From Octopus bimaculoides (taxonomy: Eukaryota): a stretch of DNA of 64,000 nucleotides. Numbering within the stretch: the first letter of the stretch is position 1; every line of letters starts with the position of its first letter. This document shows, in pieces, positions 12,590 through 25,482 of the stretch. The DNA lies in contig NC_068982.1 in assembly GCF_001194135.2 (NCBI RefSeq), positions 125,353,940-125,417,939 of the forward strand. Reading direction: 5' to 3'. Both the position numbers and the translations under genes were made by a program. The notes below the pieces were generated by a model. The model did no database searches and was not told the DNA's origin. It saw nothing but the letters and a program-made list of their open reading frames with translations.

Positions 12590-12759
12590 CAGGGTCAAAA
12601 CCCCTACCTAGAAAGAATAAAAGTTCCAGAAGCATCGATGACAATTCAGAAGAAAGAAAAACTGGGAGAGGAAACAGAGAAGACAGTCCAAAGCCGAGAA
12701 TAGTAAAGAAGAGACATCAATGGCATCTGCACCAGGAGGAGCGAAGGACTTACGAAAGA

Positions 12760-13178
12760 CATACCAAGAGCAAGGTCAAGGTTGTCCTTGGTGGTTGCAG
12801 TTGGGGGTCTCCCTGGTCTTGGATCATCTTCCACACTCTTCCTGCCACGCTTGAATTCACTTACCCAGCGTTTGACTGTTGCATATGAAGGAGTATTGTC
12901 TGTTAAGGTTCTCACTATCTCTTCATGGATTTCTGATGGAGTCATGCCTTTCAAATGAAGGTACTTTATGACAGCACGATACTCAGTTTTCTCCATTTTC
13001 CTTGTAAACTCGAAGCTTCTTTATTCAAGAATCTGCAACAACAACAAAAATTAAAATATCAGAATCATGAAAATGAGCAAGAATACCCCGAAAAGATTGT
13101 ACTTACCAGAAAAAATTGTTTCAACTATATAGCAGCCCTGATTCTAGGTTAGGCTCAAAACTTTTCAGACACCTCTCG
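12760..13178 (-). mobile_element. Mariner transposon, 5' TIR plus transposase N-terminus, truncated
   Basis: MEKTEYRAVIKYLHLKGMTPSEIHEEIVRTLTDNTPSYATVKRWVSEFKRGRKSVEDDPRPGRP is a mariner HTH region. TIR CGAGAGGTGTCTGAAAAGTTTTGAGCCT lies next to a TA at 13179-13180. Confidence 0.9.
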
Positions 13179-14531
13179 TAAGTATTATTTGCAATAGTTG
13201 TCGTTCCAGCCTGGCACGATTTTATCCTCAGATATGCAGATTATGTCAAAGTTTAATGACAAAACACGAACTGCCGTCTTCTCGGCTGATTGTTCTTGTA
13301 ACCTTTGGCTATAAGGTAAGTTTTTTTGGGGTTTTTAAAGATGTTTTCGAAGAGGAATACTTTCCGTGATGTCAAGCACAGGAACTCTAATGATATCTAT
13401 CGACGTATATACTTGTTTTTATCGCTTTAACCTTTAAAATCTAGAGATTTTTTATCTGCTCAAATTTTAATAACAAAAATGTTGACCTCTTTTTCCCGAC
13501 CCACTTTAAAAACTCAAATCACCAAACACACACCACAAATGGCAGACACGGTTAAAACATGTTGCTCCAATGACATTTGACTTTTGAGGAAATTTGTTAT
13601 TTTAGAGATCTCAAATGAGGAAAAAAACATCATTTTATCGGTCAATTGTCAAATTACGATTTACCCGATTATCTCTCTCACTCTCTCCCTTTCTCTCTCT
13701 TCCTCTCTCTTCCTCTCTCTTCCTCCCCCCCTCTCTCTCTCTTTTCCTCCATGTACTCCTTTTCTCTTATTCTGTATTCTTTTTCTTGCATCGCATCATT
13801 TTCTCTTTTAGAAGTTGACAAATAATCAACATCTCTTTAAAATGTATCCAACATATAATTTCGGATGTTTTAACCTTCTAAAAGCATGGAACTTTTACAT
13901 AAAAAAGAGTTTCCGCCACTCAGTGTTACTACAGTGCATATCATTATACAGTCTGCAGTTTATGTTTTAGCAACGAGCTACAGCTGACATCAGAAAACTA
14001 TGGCATGTCAGGGAATAGCTTTATTAAGAAATGAATGGTGAATGAACCGAAAGAATGCTAATAACTATTGACACAAAGAGCAATCAATGCATAGCTTTAG
14101 ATATATAAAGAAGACTAGGAAATGCGAATTATTGCTGTGGTGAAGGGAGCAAGAAGGAAAGTAAAAAATAAGAAAGACAGGAAATGAGTCGGGCTTCAGA
14201 ATAGGACATAATGACTTCTGATTATTCATTGATAATATTTGAATAGTAGAGTATAGTAGTTGGAATTATTAATTACCATAGTACTGCGCTTAGAGCTAAT
14301 CTACATTACATTACTTCATTATAGTAGTATTTCATCTTAGAAACTTAAAATAACACTAATAATAATGTTTCTTTCATTTACTGATCACAAAAATCCATGC
14401 CTAACAACAACGTTTTTACTAGAAACAGAATGTACGACGATGTTCAAATATATTTATATGAAAAGGAGGAATAACATTAAAAACGCTGTACAATATATGT
14501 AAGGACATTAAAAGTTTCAAATACATGGAAT

Positions 14532-14596
<65 letters not shown>

Positions 14597-14599
<3 letters not shown>

Positions 14600-14745
14600 G
14601 ACGGACTTCTTTCAGTTTTCGGCTACCAAACTTACTCACACGACTTTGGTCAGCTCGAGGTTATAGTAGAAGACACTTGCCGAAGGTGCCACGCAGTGGC
14701 ACTGAACCCAGAACCATGTGGTTGGGAAGCAAGCTTCTTACACAC
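14597..14745 (-). mobile_element. SINE family B, 5' half
   Basis: AGAAGACACTTGCCGAAGGTGCCACGCAGTGGCACTGAACCCAGAACCATGTGGTTGG is the reverse complement of the head and CORE-like block. Confidence 0.85.
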
Positions 14746-14818
14746 ACACATATATATATATATGTACCTGCATACACGCATACAGACACGTGCATTCATG
14801 CATACATACATACATACA

Positions 14819-14849
<31 letters not shown>

Positions 14850-14880
14850 CATACATACATTACATACATACATACATACA

Positions 14881-14911
<31 letters not shown>

Positions 14912-15209
14912 CGTACGTACAAATATGTACATGTGTCTCTGTAAATGATGCCTCTCGAATGTCAGACTAGCTATAAATAAAGACTCGTAATACACGAAGT
15001 TAAAAGCCCTTTGGACAGAGAAAAACAAAAAACAAAATGTAGAGAGCCATCTGCAGGACTCAAGTAACGAATTTATTCTAACCTCTGTATTTTGCTTGAA
15101 TCCTATTTTTGCAATTGTCATTTGATTTTGTTGTGTTTTGTCTTTTTTCTATGTCATGTAAGTGTCCATATTTGCTAGTTTTGTTACTATGTTTTAATCT
15201 ATATTCTTT

Positions 15210-15414
15210 TATTCTTTTATTTGTTTCAGTCATTTGACTGCGGCCATGCTGGAGCGTCGACTTTAGTTGAAAAAATCGACGACATGATTTATTCTTTTTG
15301 TAAGCCTAGTACTTATTCTTTTGGTGTCTTTTGCCGAACCGCTAAGTGACGGGGACGCAAACACACCAACATCGGTTGTCAAGCGATGGTGGGATCAAAC
15401 ACAGACACACAAAC

Positions 15415-15447
<33 letters not shown>

Positions 15448-15612
15448 TGCGACGGGCTTCTTTCAGTTTCCGTCTACCAAATCCACTCACAAGGCTTTCG
15501 TCGGCCCGAGGCTAAAGTAGAAGACACTTGCCGAAGGTGCCACGCAGTGGCACTGAACCCAGAACCATGTGGTTGGTAATCAAGCTTCTCACAACACAGC
15601 CACTCCTGCGCC
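15210..15612 (-). mobile_element. SINE family B, near full length
   Basis: Head at about 15612 (rc GCAGGAGTGGCTGTGTTG), CORE-like CCTTCGGCAAGTGTCTTCTAC, internal (TA)n/(TG)n, 3' end TGACTGAAACAAATAAAAGAAT. Confidence 0.9.
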
Positions 15613-15636
15613 TATATCAATATCTTAATAATAGTG

Positions 15637-16057
15637 ATGGTTTCAAATTTTGGCACAAGGCCCACAGTTTGGAGGAGGGGAGCTAAGTCGATTAAATCGA
15701 TCTCAATACTCATTATATCGACCCGGAAGGATGAAAAGCAAATTCGACAGCGGAATTTGAACTCAGAACGTACAGACGGACGGAATGCCGTTAAACATTC
15801 TGCTCGGCGTGTTAACTATTCTACCCGCTCACTACCTTTATAATAATCCTTTCTACTATAGGCACACGGCCTGAAATTTGGGGGAAGGACTAGTCGATTA
15901 CATTGACTACAGTACATAACTGGTACTTATTTTATCGATCCCGAAGGAGGAAAAGTAAAGTCGACCTCGGCGAAATTTAAACACAGAACGTAAAGACGGA
16001 CGAAATGCCGCTAAGCATTTGCCCAGCGCGGTAACGATTTTACTAGGCCGCCGCCTT
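15637..16057 (-). mobile_element. Two head-to-tail SINE family A copies with different 3' tails
   Basis: Copies at about 15637-15838 (tail CCTTGTGCCAAAATTTGAAACCAT) and 15841-16057 (tail GCCGTGTGCCTATAGTAGAAAGGATTATT). Confidence 0.85.
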
Positions 16058-16072
16058 TATAATGATAATAAT

Positions 16073-19000
16073 CTTTTCTTTATTAACCGCTGAAGGTTCA
16101 TGTAAAACGACTGGGAACTGTACAGGACAGTACAATACAAATAGAGTGCGATTGAAACTTGTAAATAAAGAATAACAAAGAAACTTCTAACAAGTAAAAC
16201 CCCACAAAAGAAGAAGACTTCCAAGGGCTGCTGGTGAAAAAACCCACAAAAACTCCAACTGCCCTAAGCTGTAGGGCAAGTGCCCTCTCCACTTCATCTA
16301 CCATCGGGCCATTCACGCTACATTTACCTACCTTTTAACAAGATTACTGGGAGGTAGCTCTCTCCTTCCTTTTCAAGTGGAAGCTGAAAAACTTTAGCAG
16401 CATTATGGGCCTGAAATTTTCGATTTGATCCCAGCTTGTTTGGGCTCTTTCTTTCTAGTGGCAGCGCTCCTCGACTTACAGAACTAGGAATTCTCCTGTT
16501 CTGTTGCCAATTGCAGTCTTCAGCCCTTTCAGCCTGGTTCACCACACAACCTCTTTCGCTAAGGCCACCGGACAAAGAAACATTGTCTTTCCTTCACGGC
16601 CAAAGGAAGGCAGCGGAGCGATCTTCACAATGGACTCTGATAGTCCGATTCGTCTTTCATGCGACAGCAGGTGTTCGACTGAAACCCACAAGTAAGCAAT
16701 GCTCGGGCAGTGCTCGGTCGTGCAGAGCACTTTCCCCGCTCTACACGCATCTCGGGAAATCCCGGCTGACAGTACTTCCATGCTTGTAGAGTTTATTCTC
16801 GTCGACGCCCAGAATCTCCCCAAGATCATCATCGCACTTTACCGCCACTAACCCTCTACAGAACGCCAGAGTGGAACTTCCGCCGACCGCATTACCCGAC
16901 CGACAGAGGATTGCGAGCGCCTGATGATACTCTAGGTGCCATCATCGTATCCTGTATTTCTACGACTGTTATCAGCATTTTACAACGCTCTACCCACCTT
17001 GCTGAGAATCGTGGCATGCTGTCGAGGTAGGCATTGAAATCTATCCTGCGTTCCGGACCGCCATTCGTACCAAACAGTCAGATGAAGTGCCACTGAAATG
17101 CCGCTCGGGCCCGAGTCCGATGCGCCCATTTTGGTTCACCAAAGACCGAATTGTGACTTTGTTGTCACGTTGCGCTCTGCCACTCCGATCCATCGAGCGG
17201 CTTTCGTTTCTTCTTGTCCTAGAGTATGCATCTTAGCTCTGACAATGCAACCTTCGTGTTTAGCGTTCAAGAATTGGTTCACGGCCAATCAATCCTACGG
17301 CCTGCACGTCGGTTGCAATGCCTTTCTTAAATGCCTCTTCAAAGGTTCTAAGTGACCTATTTTATTTATTTCTATCACTAATGCCTTACTAAACCTGACT
17401 GATTCTACTCTAATTGCCTTTTTCAGAGCAAACCACCATTTGTTGTTGACGATTGCCTCTTCAACGTCCGCTTAACTAACTCTCTAATCCGGTCTCTCTA
17501 AGCTTGGCACGTTGGGTTTGGCTTTGGGCTTGGCGCGTTCAGTTTCCAGTAACCGGGTCCCTGCCTTCTAAGCCTATCTGGATCGACCATACAGATCATA
17601 AATTTCTGGTCTGTGTAGCCGATGAGTTTGAAAAGTGGGCAACTTATACTATCCTTATCTGCTGGCCTACAAAATACCCTATCTAGAAACGACCTGGATG
17701 ACCCGATGCAGTTCGTCCATATCCACATTGGCACATTCAGTCCGTACCTGTTAGACACTTAGAAATGTCTGAGCAGGTTTATGAGGCTCTCCCCACCCCT
17801 CTTCTATCTCCTTGCTTGACACAGTCCAAACGTGTCTTTAAGACGGCGTTCCAATCGCCCACTAACATTAAAGGTCGAGACGACCCTAGGAAAATCTCCT
17901 GACGTCTGAAGAAATCCAGTTGCCCTGTTCTTGTCGGAGCATAAACAATCACCAGTTTGAGGGCATCCCCGTCACTACTGTTCACATCCAGGATCTCCAA
18001 CTTACCTTCTGAGTCCAGGAAGGTAGTCCTTATCTTGAGATCCAGACATCTCCGGAACAACACCGTAGTTCCACCCGCACCCCACACCTCACACCCCTTC
18101 CCGGTTGACATGGTATTTATTACTGTGTAGTTAATGATATGGAAACCATAGATGCTCTTGAGTTCTTTGTTCTGTATGTTGCTGGTGCTTCCCTTCTTGT
18201 TGTTCTTGTTGTTGCTGATGCTACTACTGTCGGTGCTGCTGTAATTGCTGTTGCTGATACTGTTGTTTTTGGTGCTGTTGCCGTTGCTGTGGTGATGATG
18301 GTGTCGGAAAAATTGGTGGTCTTCCTTCTCTCTTTTGTTGTAGGCAAAAGGCTTTCAGCTGGTTCGTGTTCCCACACAGATAACACCTCCGCCTTTTACC
18401 CTCAACAATCACGTGGAGGTTGGTGTTTTCTGGTCGATTTATGACGTCTGGGATTGCTTCTAAATTTTCGTAATCCATTTACAGCTACAACTCCAAACCA
18501 TACCCCAACCAGTTTTGTTTTGGGAGTTTCCACACCTGTAGGATGTTTGTTTTGTCCTCTATATCCAGGAGAAGAGCTTCCACCAACCAGCAGATGTTTA
18601 TTTCTGGTGGTATATCAGGATTTATACTTTCGCTACCCAACAACCCGGTTATATGGGTACAAGAAGCAGATCTTAATTTTTTAGGATCAAAGTGCTTCCT
18701 TGCCTACTCCTCCGTGGTAAATCTCACCTCCACAGTGCCATATCACTTTCTCTTGCAACGTAGGCTTTTTTGTCCTACACTGGACGTAGACACTTTTCAG
18801 TTTGTTACTGTGTCGGTTGTTTCAAATACGACTTTTGTTTTATATGTTATTGTTTTTCTCAGTGCACCCTGTACAGTGGCTTCGGGGATGTTGAAAGTTA
18901 CTCATCTTCCATTTTTAAAAAATATGGTTTTTGCATCGTTTAAATCCTCAGAGCAGTGCCAATCACCTAGATGCGTTGTATATCCGACAGCATGATAGGG

Positions 19001-19480
19001 ATACCCTCTACGTATGCTGACGCGGCTCTTCTGCATCCTAGCTAATATACATATGATACTTTTTGCCATTTGCAATGTTTACTTTTGAGGACATATCGAC
19101 CATCTTCATTCTTATTTCTCTCCAGCCAAGGTAGATTAGCATGAAGGCCAGTTCGTCCCTCTTTAGGGTTTTGTGGAATACTTCCTGGCCTCATTCTCAG
19201 CTTTATGGTGTCAATTTTTACCCCTTAGCGACCAACATTTTGGTACCCCAGATGTAATTTTCTTTTTGCAGGTACCCCTGAGGTAATTTTCTTTTTGCAG
19301 GTACCCCTGAGGTAATTTTCTATTTGCATGCTATATTTTCTGGCTTTCCAATCTTATACATTTCGTAAACGATCGTTTTATTATTGTTTTTTTTGTTTTG
19401 TTTTTTTCTTGCTGGATGGATCCTGGGTTATTCTCGAAGTCCAAGGAGGTTTTTAGCTTTTTTTAAAAACCGGGTGTATA
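16073..19480 (-). mobile_element. Tx1/L1-clade non-LTR retrotransposon, degenerate, RT core deleted
   Basis: ORF1 with knuckle VIVEGKRRRCYLCGNTNQLKAFC (about 18320-18400). APE endonuclease motifs VIVYAP, LVGDWNAVL, FLDRV, YTD(Q/H)K and GPGYWKLN (17500-18110). Linker NKWWFALKKAI, C-terminal zf-RVT-like segment, then AATAAAGAAAA at the 3' end. Many stops and frameshifts. Confidence 0.85.
19239..19325. repeat. Three tandem 29-bp units at the 5' end of the Tx1-like element
   Basis: GCAGGTACCCCTGAGGTAATTTTCTTTTT: two near-perfect copies plus one diverged copy. Confidence 0.85.
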
Positions 19481-19892
19481 ACGCCATACGACGTTAGTGA
19501 AACTGCCATCGATCGATTTGTTAATAGTAGTATTCTCAATTTTTGGTTGTGTTGGTGTTAATAGTGGTTGTGATGTCGGAGATGGTAGTAATTGTGATGT
19601 TGGAATTTGCAGCTGTGTTGAAGTGGCAATTTAATTTCTCGTCCTCTTGTTTTTCATTTTTCTTGTTGTTGTTTTCATTTTCATTCTCGTTGTTATTCTT
19701 GTTTCGGGCGATATTGGGGGTGGTGATGATGGGGATTATGGTGGTGATACTCTTTCAAGTTATAATCTCTCTTTTCTGTGTTTCTGTCAAATAATTCGAA
19801 GTGATGCTTTATTAAAAATTTTGATAATAATATACTATGTCTAGTTAGGCTTATGTTATAATGCACGCACACACACACACACACACACGCAT

Positions 19893-21360
19893 GAAAGCCT
19901 TTAAAATTGGAAATTACAGACGATCCAAATATTATCTTTAGTAAAGCAGCATTCGTTGACATATACAACAATGTTCTCTTAACAAGTGTGCCGCCTAGTG
20001 AATGGAGGTCATCAGTCATATGAAAGGTGATCTGTGACAGATGTCCAACTATCGCAAACTTCTTTGATATACTTCTCTTAAACGGTATACGTGCAAAGAT
20101 AACTATATAAGTGTCTACTAGAGTGGCTTTAGAAAGAACTGTAGTTGCATTGAACAAATTCACACGTCGAAGAGGTTACTGGAGACCTGCGTTGAGTGGT
20201 GTCTCCCAAGAGCCGCACTGTTCAGAGACTTTCGAAAACTATTCGACAGCATCAACAGAACCACTATGCTTACGATTCTTAAATGGATAGGGATGTCATC
20301 GAAGATAACATTGGCAGCTAGATATCTTTACGAACACCAAACAGCATATGTTCTTATTAGTGGAAAACATTCTTCTGGTTTCACACTTCAGAGTGGAATT
20401 CTGCAAGGTGATAATACCTTAACACCTTATCTATTTTTGGTGGTTATGGGTCATGTAATGAAAGTTGCAACCCATACGGAGGATAGAATCTACATACCAG
20501 AATCACATAAGTTGGTCTATCTTTCATTTGCAGATGATATTGTTCTCTTTGCTCCTAACCCCATAGAAGCAGAGGACTACCTTGCTAGTGTCTTGCAAGA
20601 AGCCAAGACTGTGGAGCTAGAAACAAACGAATCTAAGACAGAATACATCACCATTAATATAAACACTGACAAAACAACAGGCGTCCTGGCAAATGGAAAG
20701 CAGCTATCCAGAGTTGATAAATTCACTTACCTAGGATCGATTGTAACTGATCTCTCTCACAACTCAAACTGTGACATCATAGACAGTAGGAGAGCGGCAT
20801 GTGAAGCAATGTCGCAGCTTCAACACCTCTGGTCATCTGACATCAACACAACAACGAAGATAAAGATGGACAAAACTTTCGACTTTTACATATGGATGAG
20901 AGACATGGGTAACAAAAACAAACCGGCAAAGGGCCATGGTGAACACTTTTACACAAGAAACCTGAGGAAAATATATCAGATATCTTATAGCGACCACGTT
21001 TCCAAAGATACATTGTACCAAATGGCTGACGAGATGTAAATGAGCACAGGGATAAAGGAACGCCGGCTGAAATAGATTGGTCACCAACTGCAACACCCAC
21101 CCAATGAATGCTATCAACAGTGTCTGCTGCTTAACACCCTACAAAGTGGAAAGAGCGAGAGGAAACAACCAAGAACGACTTACCACCGTATGATTCGTGC
21201 AGACTGCAAGATGTTCTCACTCAATGAAATAATTCTAGCAGCTGAAGATGGAAATGAGTGGAAAGTTTTATAAACTATATCTGCCAATGACTGACTATAC
21301 CCGTTTTCTTCCTATTATTCATTTGTTGAAGTTCGAATAATAAATATTGATTGATTGATA
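19893..21360 (+). mobile_element. RTE-clade LINE, 5'-truncated, decayed RT and 3' end
   Basis: RT motifs SGFRKNCSCIEQIH, FRDFRKLFDSINR, GILQGDNTLTPYLF, SFADDIVL and FTYLGS. RTE-like C-terminus (IGHQLQHP...GKRARG). Ends in (TTGA)n at about 21347-21360 and begins at a (CA)n tract. Confidence 0.9.
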
Positions 21361-21699
21361 TATATGGCAATTAAAATTAGTAGTTTTCTTGAAAGCTAAA
21401 GAATAAAGGGCACATCCTCTCTAATGAGGTGACAATTATCTCTTGACCGTATCTCTGAGTAGATTTCCAGTTATATTTTATTTTACTAAAGACAATTTTT
21501 GGATGTTTTCATATCGCCTGTAATTTCCACTTTCAAAGGCTTTCAAATAAATAAATGAACATGTTTTTTCTCGTTATACATGTTTCAGGTATATTGGAAA
21601 GATGCTCCTAAGTGTAAAAGAATTTCTCCCCACATATTCATCCCTCAAAGTAGAAAGTGTTTCTAATCTGGACTGAATGTTGGAAAATACTTTTTAACA

Positions 21700-22150
21700 C
21701 TCACTGGCTTCAAGACTATCAGAAGACATCAGGAAAAAAGTTGAGTTCCACAGCGCAGCACTTTGAGCAAGTGTCAGCACCGGCGAAACAGTTAGGAAAC
21801 CCGTCGTATATGTGTGTGTGTGTGTTTGTGTTTGTCACCCACCACCGCTTGATAATCGGAACTGGTTTGTTTACGTCTCCATATAAAGCGTTTCCGCAAA
21901 GTGACAGATAGACTTTCAAAAACTAAGTATTGGAGTTGATTTGTTTGAATGAACACTTCAAGCAATCAATGTCTGAAACAAGTAAAAGAACACACACACA
22001 CACACACACACATACACGTATATAGGCCTGAAATTATAGCAGGAGATACTTGCCCAAATTTCACGCAGTGGGACTGAACCCGAAACCAGATGGTTGCCAA
22101 GCAAGCTTCTTAACATAGCCATCCTTGCAGCCATCTTAACACAGCCATCC
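21700..22150. mobile_element. Degenerate SINE family B pieces (plus 21700-21990; minus head 22040-22150)
   Basis: Family B internal and 3' blocks, and GCAGTGGGACTGAACCCGAAACC. Confidence 0.7.
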
Positions 22151-22669
22151 TTGCAGGGCCAGGACCTAAAACGTGATGCATCGTTAGAGGTCGATAAGAT
22201 TCCAGGACATCACGTGATAATATCGACTCCTTTCTTGTCTGTATTATTATTGATGGAGTTTATTTGTTATCAAACACTGCTGTTTGGTTAAAATAGCAAA
22301 AAATTATTAGAATATTTTGTTTAAAAAAAAATTGTATTTCATCTTTCAAAGTCTAGAAGAAGTCATAAAAAGAAGCATGAAATAACTTGTAAAATAGTAA
22401 CATCTTGGAATTGGTTCAGAAAAGAGATTAGAAAATGTAATTGTAGATGTGGAGGCGTTAATAGTTTTATCTTAACAGTCAATCAGTAGAAGAGTCAAAT
22501 CTGTTAGTACAGAAACACACCCAGAATGATCCCAAGAAAGCAAAACACATGACAGAGAGCTGTACTAAATACTTCAAAGCAACCAACTCGTTTTATCTTA
22601 CTTTGTATCAAATATCGCCGTTTATTAGATAATTCATTCTTTCTATTATATGCACATAGCTTGAATATG

Positions 22670-22836
22670 GGACAGATGAGCTAGTCGGTTACATCGCCAC
22701 AAACGCACAACTGGCACGTATTTTATCGACCTCGAAAACATGAAAGGCAAGGTTGACCTGGGTGGCATTTGAATTAAGAACATACAGAGCTGAAAGAAAT
22801 GCTGAGCGCTTACGATTCTGATAGCTCACTGCCTTT
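22670..22836 (-). mobile_element. SINE family A, old copy
   Basis: TTTTATCGACCTCGAAAACATGAAAGGCAAGGTTGACC, diverged core. Confidence 0.75.
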
Positions 22837-23088
22837 AAGATAATAAAAGGAATAATAATTTCTTATTCTGAAATTGTTCAATGGGAAGAGCTACTCGTAG
22901 TTAACTATAATACTCCATTATAGCTATATATTTTATCCACTACTTAAGTTGCTTCTAGGGGGATAAAGACTTTAAAACACTGGACCAGCTACTATAAAAC
23001 ATCTAGTCTGACTATCAGCTAACTATACTGACTCCATTATCAATTGAAATAAACAACAGCGATGTTTTGACCCTCGTAGAACTTCAAG

Positions 23089-23321
23089 GCGGCGAGCTGG
23101 CAGAAACATTAGCACGCCGGGCGAAATGCTTAGCGGTATTTCGTTTGCCGTTACGTTCTGAGTTCAAATTCCGCCGAAGTCGACTTTGCCTTTCATCCTT
23201 TCGGGGTCGATAAATTAAGTACCAGTTACGCACTGGGGTCGATATAATCGACTTAATCCCTTTGTCTGTCCTTGTTTGTCCCCTCTATGCTTAGCCCCTT
23301 GTGAGCAATAAAGAAATAAGA
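23089..23321 (+). mobile_element. SINE family A, young copy
   Basis: Intact head, B box and core. Tail CCCCTTGTGAGCAATAAAGAAATAAGA. TSD AACTTCAAG at 23080-23088 and 23322-23330. Confidence 0.92.
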
Positions 23322-23744
23322 AACTTCAAGAACTACNNNNNNNNNNNNNNNNNNNNNNNNNNNNNNNNNNNNNNNNNNNNNNNNNNNNNNNNNNNNNNNN
23401 NNNNNNNNNNNNNNNNNNNNNNNNNNNNNNNNNNNNNNNNNNNNNNNNNNNNNNNNNNNNNNNNNNNNNNNNNNNNNNNNNNNNNNNNNNNNNNNNNNNN
23501 NNNNNNNNNNNNNNNNNNNNNNNNNNNNNNNNNNNNNNNNNNNNNNNNNNNNNNNNNNNNNNNNNNNNNNNNNNNNNNNNNNNNCTTCGCCTGAGAGAAA
23601 CAGTGAGGAATGAATTTAGTCTTTGCTTGCAGAAGGGTTCCACTTTTCGTTCTCGTATCAATCGTAACCACCTCGAGCTGGTTTCAGCTGTTGTGCTCCT
23701 TAGTGGCTTTTCTTCAGCTCTTTGAATTTCAGAAAAATTCAGTA

Positions 23745-24480
23745 GGAGGGTTAGTCGATTTAATCGACCCCAGTGTTTGACTAGTACTTTATTTTATCAC
23801 GTCAAGAGAAATGGAAAGCATAGCTGATGTCGATGGAATTTGAATTCAGTACGTAAAAGCCGTAATTAAATTCGGCAAGACATTTTGCCCGATGCTTCAA
23901 CGGTTCTGCCAATGCATTGCTTTTTCTAAAATTCAATAAGATATAATGAAAGATGTTAATCATGGTGGGATATAAAATGTCCATTGAAAAATTATCAGTC
24001 CAATTAAAAAGATACAAGGCGCAATATCGTTTTAAAATTGGCATTTATAATTCTTTCTGATTTTGGCTCAAGGCTAGCAATTTTAGGGGAAGGGGTAAGT
24101 CCATTACATCGACCCTAGTAGTATCGATACTGATTTTATCAACGCCGAAAGCATGAAAGGCAAAGTCATCCTCAGCAGAATTTGAACTCAGCACGTAAGA
24201 AGCTGAAATAAATGCTGCTAAGCATTTTCCCCGACACGCTAACTTTTCTGCCAACTTAACGCCTAAAAAAAAAAAAGATGCATACAATCCTTTCTTATTA
24301 TAGGCACAAGGCCGAAAATGTTTTTAGGTGGGGAGCACTGGTTGTTTGTCTATACCCCAGAGTTCAGCAGTTACTCATTCTATCGACCTCGAAAGTGTGG
24401 TGGGCAAAGACGACCTCGGCAGAGCCGGTAGAAATGTTGGTTAAGGATTTTGTCCAGTGCGCTAACGGTTCTGCCACTTC
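23745..24480 (-). mobile_element. Three old SINE family A copies in the same orientation
   Basis: Cores at about 23745-23915, 24060-24265 and 24285-24480. Confidence 0.8.
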
Positions 24481-25449
24481 GCAGCCGTCAAAATGGTTAC
24501 ATATAAAGGACGTTATTCTAATGACAACAGAGAGCTTGATGCTGATATGACTGAGATCATACAAGAGACCAGGGATATTTGTTTTCTGTATCATATCCAA
24601 CACATTTTAACAACAACAACAACAACAACAACAACAATAATAATAATAATAATAATAATAATGATAAATTTTGTTGTTTTTTTTTATTCAAGTCTACACG
24701 AAACAGGAACGGTAGCATGAAATAATCGTATCTGATGTTATCAAATACTAGGAAGATGTTTTGTTTTTTTTTAAAAACCTTATGTGAAATATGTTGAAAT
24801 TAAAGAAGACTGAAATTAGATCAAGGTTGTTAAACTGTAACACTTGTTGCTTAATGGTAAAATATGTAACATTTGTGTTTTTTACCGCTTAGCGTCGTCA
24901 TTTCTATTTTGGAATGAAATACTGCTCTTACTCCACTACTCCAGACATATTTTCTACTTTATATAATTGTTTGTTTGCATATTTTTGGTCTCAAATTTAA
25001 TTATAATTTTATCAAATTTAATATGCTCATATTCATTTTTTCATTTTTGTAAAACTTTATGTACTTTTTATTCTGCCCTCCAGTTTTTCTCGTTATATTT
25101 TCCAACTTCCACATTTACACCCAATGTAAATCTTTCTACGTGTAACTAATTTAGATGCGCTTGCATGTTCGCATATACCACGATACGAATGAGAGAAGCT
25201 AACCATATTTCTTTCTTAAAAAAAATTAGAACACTCCTTTTTGGACTTCGTCTATCATTATTTAGAAATAACACTATTTTTTCTTCGTAAAATTTTATTC
25301 CATACTTAAATGATTAAATTATAAATAAAACCTTTTTTTTTTCTAAAAATAACTAAATGGTTCGAGAAATCTGCTGCACTAGTAACTCTTTTAATATTCC
25401 CCTATGTTAGGTTAAATGTAAGGTCTACTAGAACTGTAACAGACTAAGT

Positions 25450-25482
<33 letters not shown>

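Noticed and set aside
12640-12760. Possible CR1/L2 endonuclease fragment fused to the mariner
   Set aside because: Too short and lacks a diagnostic motif.
19239-19325. CRISPR-like array
   Set aside because: Units are contiguous with no spacers, the context is eukaryotic, and no cas genes are present.
21589-22650. Further acceptor-plus-open-frame candidates (21589-21676; about 22478-22630)
   Set aside because: No convincing donors or recognisable products; such frames arise by chance in A-rich sequence.
23080-23180. tRNA genes suggested by A/B box motifs
   Set aside because: These are SINE heads: no cloverleaf with an acceptor stem, and they continue into SINE core and tail.
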